A DNA stretch of 61,823 nt, counting the filler, from Kipferlia bialata (Eukaryota): assembly GCA_003568945.1 (NCBI GenBank). It is 3 parts of 2 records of this genome, joined end to end, with 100 filler letters (N's around TTAATTAATTAA, not from the genome) between each part and the next. Parts side by side here need not be neighbours in the genome. Positions count along the whole stretch, not along the records: positions 50,319 to 61,823 come from BDIP01000106.1; 2 more parts are not named here. One strand, given 5' to 3'. Below the pieces are notes generated by a model, which had not been told where the DNA came from, did no database searches, and worked only from the letters and a program-made list of their open reading frames with translations. Both the position numbers and the translations under genes were made by a program. Below are positions 50,854 to 61,823 of this stretch, in pieces; within the stretch, counting starts at the first letter, position 1; each line of letters begins with the position of its first letter.

Positions 50854-53800
50854 CGAGGTGGTGCGAGTCCGCGCTGGATACGATGGGAGAGAGAGAGAAA
50901 GACCAAGGGAGTCATACGGAAGGGAGAGAGTGAGAGAGGGGGAGAGAGAACGGGTACCAGTGTACTATCGGGAAGAGAGATCGAGGGAGAGAGAGAGGCC
51001 GAGAGAAAGAGTCTACCAACGGTATTCAGAGGAGAGGTGGGTCCATTCTTCTAGCCGATACTGCAGTCATATTTGTAGTATTATATATTCACTGTAACTG
51101 ACTAGATACCCATCTCAATAGTGTATTATCCCCTTACACTATACTTTATGACACTCTGCAGCCCTGTGTATACATACCTATCCATGGTATCTTATCCCAC
51201 TGGTCAATATTTTTGGATCTTATACTATGGTATATACCTTACTATCACCCCGCACCACACCTACATGGTCATGATACGTACTTTCATGAACATAGTACAT
51301 ATTCATACATGCATAAATACACACACACTCACATTGTATATATACATAGCTATACCAACAGCAGACGCCCTGCTCCCCCAGAGTACAGGGAGAGAGGGAG
51401 AGAGAGGGTGTATGCCTCACAGGAGAGTGCCCCCTGGGACCCCAGACATGTCACATCCCCTGTCGTGCCTCAGGTTGTGGCAGAGAGAGAGAGTATGGAG
51501 GTGGTGGACGACAGTGAGAGCGAGGAGGTGTGCTACAACGTCGAGGCTCTTGCCTCTGTTGCCTCCCAGGAGGTGTACCAAGCACCGGCTCCCTCCTACC
51601 CCCATGCGGCCTCTTCCCAGGACCCTAGAGACCCTAGAGACCCCAGGGTGATGGAGGATGCTAGGGGAGAGGTGCAGAGGGTGCGGAGAGAGCTGTCGGG
51701 GGAGCTGGCAGATGCCAAGATGCTACTAACACGTGCCAGGGAGGAGCTCAAGATAGCCGACCAGGCCTATATAGCCCAGAGGGAGGACAGGGAGAGAGAG
51801 AAGAAGGAGGCCCTGGCCATAGTGGAGGGTGTCCGGGCTGAGAGCAGGGCAGAGCTCGACAAGGCACAGGGGGAGGTGGGTCTCTGCATTACCACCACTA
51901 TTCTATGTATTTCTCAATAATTCTTTCTATATTCTATGTGTAATGAAGGAACATGAGATTCCGATAGTTGAGAATAATGGAGGCTTGGTGTTCATTCTCT
52001 TCTTCAGGTTTGAGCTCCTTTACCGACTCATTGAGCTCTCTTACTACAATTGAGCTCTTTGTACTAATTTGTGTTTTATTCTCTCTAACTGGCAGCTCAA
52101 ACAACTCCACACTCAGTTGCGGCAGAAGACTGCTGCTTGTCTGGCAGTAGAGGCTGAGAGGGCGCAGCTGGAGACAGAGAGAGACACGCTGGAGCAGTCG
52201 TTCAAGGTGCGTTTCTGATGTGCATACAGTAGATATTCATATTTCGCACACGTATTGAACCCCATATTAGCATAGTAGTGGGTGAGTCCTGTACTAATTG
52301 TAGGATGAGCGTGTACTGGCTCTGGCCCTTAAGGAGCAGTGCGAACATGTGGAGGGAAAGAGCAGAGAGATTGTGGCCAAGGTGGGATACTCTATGTACA
52401 ACCCCTAGAAATATGCTTTTGAGTTCATATATGTATTCATTAGTATCTCAGATATAGTATGATACTCCCCCCACCCCCAGGCTGTAGCTGCTGCCTTGTC
52501 CAAGCAGTCTGTTGATAGTATGGGTCAATTGGAACAGACACAGGCAGAGCTGGAGAGGGTCAAGGCCAGTCTGCAGGTATATTCTCAATTTATACAAGTA
52601 TATGAATACCATTGTATATATAGAGAGAGAGTTGGGTAGCATTTGTATCTGACCGCCTGGTATTGTGACATAGTGTATGCATAGTGATCATGAGTTGACA
52701 TCGCTATGTAAAACGCTTCTGGTCTGTCCTTTACTCAACCTGTTGTTGCTGCACGCCATTATCATATCGCTACAAGTGTGTATTTGTTACCATACTTCAG
52801 TACAACTATTCTGTGCCCCACTGATGCGTGTTCCACACACAAACAATGTTTGTTTGTGTCTCTCTCATCTTCGTGAGTATAGACGGCACTCTATATTATG
52901 TACGTCCGATATTTATCCACTCACTGTACCAGAGTACCCAGGCACAGCTAGACAAGATGAAGGAGGCTGAGAATGCACGTCTGACTGCCATAGCTAAGGA
53001 GAAGCAGAGGGAGAAGGAGTTCGAAGAGAGAGAGAGAAGGAGAGAGAGGGCCAAGGGGGGCAGCCTCCTAGACTCTCTGGAGAAGAGAGATAGAGAGAAG
53101 GAGAGAGAGAGGGAGAGGGAGAGAGCGGCTGCCCAGAGGGAGAGAGAGATCAATGCCAGGTATTTCAGACATAATATGACATGACGTAATTCTGCGATGC
53201 TAAACTATATATATATATGTGTGTATATGTAACCACATGTATTATTGGTGTGTATATATATTAACCCCTAGGGCGGCTACCCAGCGGAGAGAGGTGGCCA
53301 CTCTGCAGGCCAAGCTGGACGCAGCACAGAAGGAGATCAAGAGGTGGGGTCGGTCTGTTGGGATATCTGTTACTCTGTCCTTTCTAGACTATATACCGTT
53401 GAGTGTTACTGAATATCATCAATGTAGTCTCTAGTCCGTACCATGTCAACGTATGCTCCGATCTGAAGACGTGTAGATACATTAATCCCAACATATCTTA
53501 TATATGACGTGTTTCCACCCACCCCAGGACCAATGAGATGCAGGAGCGCCTACAGTACAAGATTGACTGTCAGAACGGGGCCTGCCATGACTTTATGGAT
53601 CTGGCGGTGAGTGTTTACACATATCATATACAGTAGCGATCTACGCCTAATCATGGATGCACATATGTCTACATTGCCTCGTACATATATATGTATGTAT
53701 GATACTGTCCTCCTCTCAATACTCACCCAGGACTCTCTCGAGGCCCAGCTGAGACGGGCTGGGTTCCAGCCTAAGGTCGGTTCCTATACTAGGAGGATGA

Positions 53801-56800
53801 GCAAGGCCAGACAGGACAGGGACCACAACAACCTGAGGAGAGACTCAAATGGGAGGAGGTAGGGTCGATTGTATATTGTGTATATATGGTTGAAATCACC
53901 GTATCCATTCAAGGGAGTATAATGTGTGTGTAAGTGAAGGCTGCTTCTTAGGGCTTGCATAGATTGCCGCTTAATTATACGTATTTCTTCTCTGTGGTCC
54001 ATCTCTTACCCCTAGGCATGAGTTCCTGGTGCATCTGCCAGATGGGACACGGTATGCAGGTGATATAGATAGAGACGGGGGGTCTGACAGAGATAGGGAG
54101 AGAGAGAGAGACGGCAGAGACAGAGACTCGAGGGATAGGGAGAGAGGGAGCAGGGAGAGGGACAACAGAAGTCGGGACCGTTCCCGTGGTTCCTCGAGAG
54201 ACCGTGAGGGAGAGAGAGAGAGGGAGCCTAGGGTGAAGCTCCCAGACAGGTCTAGGGACAGAGCCCCTAGGTACTCCACCATTGACTCCTCGGTTGTGTC
54301 AACCCGTACGGGTAGCAAGGGGGAGCCAAAGGATGGGGGCTGGAGTCAGACAGAGACACCTGCTGTGCCTGTGAAGGCATCTAGGGCTGATACCATGGCC
54401 GCAGAGGGAGAGGACTCTGATCTCTCTGAGACATCTGACCTCTCCTTGTCTGACTCTCCCCCAATGCCACCCCCTATGGCTACTAAGCCAGACACTACTG
54501 CTAAGGCAGACGCTGCTACTGAGGGAGAGGGGGAAGGGGCTAGTGGAAAGCAGGAGGGTGAGACTGGTGACGTTGAGATGCAAGAGCCTCCCGTTGGTAC
54601 CAACCTGCTAGACTCTGAAGAGACCTCATCCTCCAGTGCTCCTGTATCAGTAACGCAGAGAGTCGCACAGACTGTGTCTACGGTCACCCCTGTCGATACC
54701 GTACTAGAGGGCAAGAGACCTGCCGAAGAGGAGGCTGCCGCAGAGGTGGTCCCAGACGCCAAGAGACGGCCACCCACCCCTACAGTAGAGAAGGAGGAGA
54801 AGGGGGAGAAGGGAGAGGACGTGATTGAGCTGGGAGAGGACGGAGAAGTGGAGGCAGCTCCAAAGGTGCCCCCTGCGTCTACACAGTCAGTGCCCAAGCA
54901 GGCTACTCCTGCTAAGGGTGGCAAGAGTGTTTGGGCCAGCAGGAAGGCCGAGCCTGTGCTCTATGCGTCACCCTGCAGACAGTCGACAGCTGCCAAGAGG
55001 GATGGTGCAGAGGCCAGTGTGCCACCTGCTGCCTCGCCATCCCCGACTGTCTCTAAGGATACTACTGTTACTGCTACTGCTACTGAGTCCATCCCTCAGG
55101 CAAATGCAGAGGCAGAGGAGGCTGTCGCTGAGGCTGAGCAGCCGAAGGAGGTAGCTGTTGATACTGATGCCCCAGTTCACCCAGAGACCGAGACAGGAGA
55201 TGTGGAGATGGTAGAGACAGAGGGGTCCGGCCCTCAGGTGGAGGTATGGAGAGTACCATGTATGAATATACATGCACAATCCCACACATATGTTAACTTG
55301 CTTTCTTACTCACCTCAGGAGCTATCAGAGGACGGAGATGATGCCGAATCTGCAGTGGATATGACTGAGACTGTACCTACAACTGAGATGGTCACAGCTG
55401 AGGATGCTACAATGCCTAGTGATAGTGCTGAGGCCGAGGCTGAGGCAGTAGTGGTTGCAGAGGTGGAGACAGAGACTGAGACTGTCGTGCCAGCTGATAC
55501 ATCTGCCACAGAGGCCATAGTACCAGAGGCCAAAGATACCACCTCTAGTGCAGAGTCCACCCAGTCTGGTCCCTCCCCCTCCACCTTCACTGTCACCATA
55601 GGCGCCAAGGTGCCATCCCCCTCTGCCTCTGCACCTGTTAGGACTAGCAGACTTCCGTCTGTGGTGGTTGCACATGCTAGGGTGGTTAGGCCTACGCCCT
55701 CCCCTTCTGTTGCCGCTACGACAGGTACAGGCACCATGCCTCCTGGCGCCCCTATGTCTCGCCCTAGTGCTACCCGTAGCTCTGTTGTGATACCCAGGGC
55801 CAAGGCACCTGCACCTAGTATGTCTCTGGCTAGTACACTAGGAAGTGGTGGACTAGGCTCTGCTGGGTTTGTGCTACCCCCCGGTGTGTCCCCTGGCACA
55901 GCTGCCAAGGCTATGCCTCAGTCAGTGGCAAGACCTGTCTCCAAGCTCATCCCATCCTCTGTTGTTGTCAGACACACCCTAGCTGCCAGTGTGACAGGGT
56001 CTCCAGGGGGGGTTCCTCCACCTGGCTCTACACCCAACAGGGCGGCACCTCATCCATTCCCTGCTTCCAGCCTATCCAGTGTCTCTAGCTCCACCTCCTC
56101 TACACTGAGCCCCGGATCCATCCTCTCTGCCTCCACTAGGGTATCCACAGTAGGTGCTAGGGCCCCAGGTGCCCTCACACCCAGTCCCCCTATGGATACA
56201 AAGGCTGTGCAGGCAAAGATGGACGTGGTGAGGGCCAAGATGAGGGTCATGGAGAAGGTACAAGTCTAGCCCTAATAATGCAAAGTATATGTTTATATTG
56301 AGTACAACGACTAACCCCTAGGAAGTCCAGCTATCTCGCATGTCCCCCCAGACCGCCAAGAGACCAGGGCCCGTCCCTATACCAGTGCCTAAGTGGCAGC
56401 CGGGGGCAGGTACGGGCTATACCATAACACCCATATCATTATGATCTCATCTCCATCAATTCCCATCTCTATATATGCAGTATATCAATATAGGCAGCAT
56501 ACGATACAATTTCATCTCACCTCTAGGTATGATGCAGCGCCCAAGCCCCCTGGCAGCACAGGCACAGGCACAGGGTGAGGAGTATATGTATGGGATATTT
56601 CAGTGTATATCACTATTATATACTAATATGCACTCTCCCAGGCCCGTCCTACTACACACATTCATGCACTATTTTGCACTACTATATACTCCCCCCCCCC
56701 CTCACCCAGGCATGATGGGCCAGCCCACCCAGGCATCCAGGGAGAGAGAGAGAGAGGCAGCAGTGGAGAGGGAGAGGGAGAGGCTGCGTGCCCAGGCAGA

Positions 56801-57119
56801 GGAGAGGAAGAGGTGGGAGAGTGTCAATCAAGCCTATCAGCAGAGGGTCAGTGGGACATACCCATCCTCACAGGGTATGTCAGGTGCACAGAGGCCTGCA
56901 GTGGGTGGGCCGTACGGAGGTGGTCCTGTGCCTGTGTATGGACCCCAGTCTACCCAGGGACAGGGTCAGGGGCAGATGTACCAGCAGAGGCAGGGACCGG
57001 TACCCATGCAGGGTCAAATGCAGGGTCAGGGTCAGTATGCCCAGCCCCAGTACCCCCAGCAGTATGGATATCCTGGCTCACAGGGGCAGCAGCAGCACCA
57101 GCAGCAGTATAGGCGTTAG
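50854..57119 (+). CDS. Large multi-exon coiled-coil / RE-RD-rich / low-complexity protein with Q/G/Y-rich C-terminus; start uncertain
   Basis: Exons in ORFs 50702, 51213, 52828, 53219, 53611, 54029 and 56475 join via GT-AG; heptad-rich segments (EVQRVRRELSGELADAKMLL..), RD/RE dipeptide tract, ends QQQHQQQYRR* at 57119. Confidence 0.65.
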
Positions 57120-57273
57120 GACACCCATAAATTCAAAAGATCATTGTTTTGATTATTGTATGAGAGACAATACGACAGCTGCGCGCTTCTCACTTCTACT
57201 GAATACAGTCTTTTGTCGGCCAAACACACAATTCAATATATTGCACCATCCACACTCTGTCTACCCATGGGAA

Positions 57274-60200
57274 TCAGTCTCCAAGGGGGTTCCCAATGAC
57301 CTTGAGGGCGTGGTCCACAGCAGCCCTGCCCCTGAGGGATTAGAGATATAGGATATACTCAACAGATAGAGACAGAGAGAGAGAGAGAGATAAGAAGGCT
57401 GATCATATATATATGTTATATGGTATTGAATATTTATACCCACCTCTTGTTGGGTCCGAGTCCATTGGGGTCGCCGCTGAGCTCAGACAGAGAGCCCTCA
57501 AGGCTAGGGGTGAGAGGGACTCAGAAACCTTGCTCTACTCCTTGTATTTACACTGCACACCTCTGCCTGGCCTGTTCACGTACATACGCCTGTAGCGTAT
57601 TAAATGAATTTACATAAGTGCGTATATACAGCATACCTCTGCCTGGCCAGTGCCAGTCTCTCCAGGGCCTTGTTCACAACATCGAGGGTGGCAGTGACCT
57701 CGCCTGGGTTAGAGTGAGCATATAGAGTATCTAATATATACAGTACAATATGTGAGTGTGTACACCGAGGTACCCACCTACAGACACTGACTCTGGTACC
57801 GATGGGGGCAGGGGCACGGGCTGGGCCTCACACAGGATGGCGGCACCAGACATCTGGGTGCTGGGGGTGAGGGGGAGAGAAAGGGTGGAGAAACAATACC
57901 GACCCAGACACGATGAGGGGGAGAGAGTGACACATACTCACCCTGAGGCCTCAGGTACAAACTCAGGCTCGTGTGCTCTGTATCCTGGGATCAGAGTAGA
58001 AGAGAGAATTCAAGTATGTTATATCTGGAATAAGAGGAAGAGAGGCGGGTGGAGTCAAAGACTCATATCATTGTTATTGTAACGGAGACGGCAGAGGTAA
58101 TGAATGTGACCAACACATCTATACTATATATATATATATACTCTGCAAAATCATGACTACTTAATGATCTATACCTGTGAAGTGTGGGACCGGGGGCATC
58201 TCTGTGAAGAATGCCCACCTCATGAGTCTGGTCTTGGCCACGGCTGAGGGGTGGGGGGTGGCAGAGCCCTGGGGTCAGTACTCTCAGAAGTGAGTATTGT
58301 ATACATATATGCATTATATATGTATATATACATATCACAAATACAGGACACTGAGGGGTGGGGGGTGGCAGAGCCCTGGGGTCAGTACTCTCAGAAGTGA
58401 ATATTGAATACATAGATGCATTATATATGTATATATATATATCACATATACAGGCCACTGATGGGTGGGGGGTGGCAGAGCCCTGGGGTCAGTGCTCACA
58501 AGGGTAAAGATTGTATACATATATACATTATATACGTATATATACATATCACATATGCAGTACACTGATGGGTGGGGGGTGGCAAAGCCCTGGGGTGAGG
58601 GTATATGAATAGAGAGTCATATTCTTATACTAATTAGTATCATGATCCATGATACTATTGAACATATGGCCAAGGGATACAGGGGTCTGCCTACGTACAC
58701 GTATACACATCTGCTCATCCTACCTTGGATGGGACAGGGGGTGGGGCACCTCCCATGGGCATGGGGCGGGGGGTGGCCTGGAGGGTGAAGGAAAGAGAGA
58801 GGGGGAGAGAGAATGCATTAAACCCACCACATATACTTGTATATGTTTACACTTGTATATGTTTATACCTGAGGCTTCGGCTTGGGAGTGGGCTTGGGCT
58901 TAGTAGCAGGCTTGGGGGTTGGCTTGGGCTTGGCCGCTAGTGGTGAGAGTGTACTATACACTGTACTAGAGAGTCTACAGTGTATACGACACCCACCTGG
59001 CTTAGGCTTTGTGGCGGGTGTTGGCTTGGCGCTAGGCTTGGGCTTGGGGGTGGGCTTAGGGGAGGGCTTAGGCTTGGGGGTAGGCACGGGCTTGGCCACT
59101 GGGTGTTAGTGGATCTACTAAACATGAAGAGCTGTACATTGATACATATCAATTACCTGGCACTGCTGCTGTGGGCAGAGGGGGTGGTGGGGGTATGGCC
59201 CCTCCCTTGGGTGCGTGTGTCTTGGGCGTGAAGGCAGGGGCAGGCAGGGTGGCCGGCTTGACGGTCTTGCGGGGCTTGGCACGGGGCTTGGGCTTGGGCT
59301 GCACAAGCTGGCGAATTAGCGACACATATCTATTATATAGGGTATATACTGTGTTCATGATGGGCTATACCTTCACCACATTGGGCTTTGGCTTGGACAC
59401 AGGCTTGGGGGTTGGCTTAGAGACAGGCTTGGGGGCCGCTGGGGCAGGCTTGGGTGCTGGCTTGGTGTCTGTAGGTGAGGGATGTACTACATAGTATACT
59501 GATATATTGGAATATTACACACACCATTGGTATCCTCCCCCTCAGCATGTCCAATATACTATTATATATATATTATATCTCTAAATATACAACTATATCT
59601 ACCCATACCTCCCAGGGGGTTGTTCATGGGTATCCTCCCCCCCTCCACCCAGTGTGTCCAATATACTTTCCCTCTCCCTCTCTATATATATACACCACAT
59701 ACCTCCCATTGGGTTGTTCATGGGTATCCTCCCCCCCAGCATGGCTGCGATGTCAGCCACTCTAGACGCAGAGGCCTCTCTCTCCATGCCCCCACTCTCT
59801 CTCTCTCTCTCTCCCTCCCTCTCCCTAGAGCTCGGTCTGCTCTTGGCCTTGGGGGCAGAGGAGGCACCTGGTAGGATGGGGGCGGACTGGGGGTTAGTTA
59901 CTAATGTATATATATATATACAATATACCACGGGATAGAAGTGTGACTAGGTATACACACATGTTGATACTGGCAGGATGGGGGTAGACTGGGGGTCAGT
60001 TACTAAGAGGAATGTAACCAGGAGTTAATAAGATACTTGCTGAGGGACATATGATACTATGATAAGAATAAGCCCTGGTAGGATGGGGGCGGACAGGGGG
60101 TGAGATATATACAGAAATAATACCCCATAGGATAGAAACAAGACAATATATATGGGGATAGGCATAATGGTGACACTGGAGGATAGAGGAGGACTGGGTG

Positions 60201-60851
60201 TCAGTGTTATACACAACAAGACAAGGACTATTACAAGTTCTATGTAAAGAGTGCACAGAGGAGTGACACAGGGGGTGGAAAAGGGTAGCATGTACAGTGA
60301 CACTGGCACCATGGAGAGACGAGAATGCGCAGGAAACACTTCACCTCCTACCAGAGACCCGATTGAATCACCATATACGACGATGAAACTGTGATATAGT
60401 GTGGGGGGGAGGGTGCTGACCCCACATAGTGTGACAAATATAGATATATAGTCTATATGTATATACACCCACCTTGTCATCCGTGACAGTTGGCTTTAGG
60501 GCACCGCTCTTGAACTTCCTGGCGTCACAAATAGATATAGATATACACACACATGCATAGATATAGGGACTACTTTGTATGTGTATGTCGGTACCGATAT
60601 GTAACTGATACCGGTACCGAAAATGACACTGACTACTCCCTGACTACATTGGTGTTGCAGAATCAGCCATGTACACCTGACGATATATAATGGTGATAAG
60701 TGCCGTGGTGCTCCCAGATAACACAGCCCTATGTACATAACTTGATTCCGGTACCGGTACCGATACCGAAAGTAACGTCTTTTCACTACTATCGTACAAT
60801 ATTCTTATATACTCACCTGATATCATCCAGGAAGGATGATGGGAGGGACAT
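57274..60851 (-). CDS. WIP/verprolin-like actin regulator (N-terminal WH2, Pro/Lys-rich middle, WASP-binding-like motif)
   Basis: Exons 60817-60851, 60473-60518 and ~59703-59887 splice to [33 protein letters not shown] (compare recalled WIP ALLSDISKGKKLKKTVTNDRSAPIL); PKPKP repeats and poly-[19 protein letters not shown]; ends ..KVIGNPLGD*. Confidence 0.75.
58245..58596 (-). repeat. Four copies of 3' splice site + exon start (GSATPHPS) in the WIP-like gene
   Basis: gggggtggcagagccctgggg recurs at ~58255, ~58362, ~58468 and ~58574, part of the intron also duplicated. Confidence 0.9.
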
Positions 60852-61031
60852 CTAGTGTACTCACGACAGGGCGTGAGGGTGGGTAGAGAGTAGACAATCT
60901 ACAGCTCACTGGGTATCAAGACTTGAAATAAGTTTACAGATCAAGATAATGAAAATGGATTTAGAAATTAAATCCAGTGTGACGATATTTCATCCTTCCT
61001 CTCTACCAACCTGAATTAGAACTCTGCGAGT
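60852..61031. promoter_or_regulatory. Short (180 nt) putative bidirectional promoter region
   Basis: Divergent ATGs at 60851 (-) and 61032 (+) with an AT-rich spacer; no specific element identified. Confidence 0.45.
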
Positions 61032-61452
61032 ATGCCTGGAGGCGAGTTGGAGCCATCCGACTTCTCGAAGCAGTTCCTGCTGTCCATCAGGCAGCGCAAG
61101 GCGGCTCAAGGTGTGTGGGAAGAGGAGATTTGTGTCAATCAAATTCTGTCCATATATCCATTAATGAGCACTGTATTCCAATTATGTATTTGTATGAGCA
61201 TATGTGTACTCTCTGTGCATGTAGTACTGACTCTTAGACAAGCAGCTCATAGAGTGCCGATAGCTAGTATTCACATATTCATATATCCCCATATGTACAT
61301 TGATATTGATATGTACTAATTGTCAGACAAGCAGCGCAAGGAGCGTGACCGGCTGAGGCACAGACTGGCCCACCAGCAGAGGGAGCTGGTGGATGAGGCC
61401 AAGAAGAGGGCACAGACACAGGCACTGCACAGGGCAATGCTCGAGGAGGCAG
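61032..61452 (+). CDS. N-terminal exons of a coiled-coil hypothetical protein (continues past window)
   Basis: MPGGELEPSDFSKQFLLSIRQRKAAQ / DKQRKERDRLRHRLAHQQRELVDEAKKRAQTQALHRAMLEEA with GT-AG intron ~61111-61326. Confidence 0.65.
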
Positions 61453-61775
61453 GTGTGTATGGGATTGTATGCATATATGTGTGTGTGTGCGTGTATGTTT
61501 ATATAAGTACTGCACAGGGCAATGCTCGAAGAGGCAGGTATGTATGGGAGTGTGTGTTGCGTTACATTATCCATATGGAGAGATATCCATATGGCTACGT
61601 CTATGCTGATGATTGGAACTTGGTATAGGAGGGATATGATATTTGTGCATATGAGTGTTGAGTAGTAGGTGGTGATTTGCGGTATAGCATCCTATATATA
61701 CTGTCTTTGGGATATATGCGTGATTACGGTATTGTAACACACTCCTATTCAGCCAGGATCAAGTGTCGGGTATCC

Positions 61776-61823
<48 letters not shown>

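Noticed and set aside
61776..61823. Terminal poly-C run as telomere or functional G-quadruplex
   Set aside because: Similar C/G homopolymers occur in many introns here; most likely an intronic tract at a contig end.

Overview
Eukaryotic, very intron-rich genomic DNA, not prokaryotic. Introns are GT-AG, with a branch-point-like CT(A/C/G)AC motif fused to a short C-tract and YAG. This, and a Giardia-like SAM-kinesin-13 N-terminus, suggest a free-living fornicate such as Kipferlia (inference). The window is a concatenation of contigs: two 100-nt N-TTAATTAATTAA-N linkers, two plain N gaps, and probably two further chimeric joins at poly-G runs. About 15 spliced genes can be read by hand. They are three single-pass surface proteins (FG-GAP-like/Ig-like), a DUF1963/YwqG-like C-terminus, a large protein with a possible inactive ERCC4/XPF fold, a CFAP70-like TPR protein, a YNPIT-motif protein, a membrane-anchored tandem periplasmic-binding-protein (PBP2)-like protein, an RI-type LRR protein, a truncated kinesin-13, coatomer beta-prime, a WIP/verprolin-like WH2 protein and three hypotheticals. 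The most striking signal is pervasive: introns carry 1-3 partial copies of the neighbouring exon end plus its splice site, and these copies differ from the functional exon mostly at synonymous codon positions. All gene models and family calls come from manual reading and recalled motifs; no searches were run.
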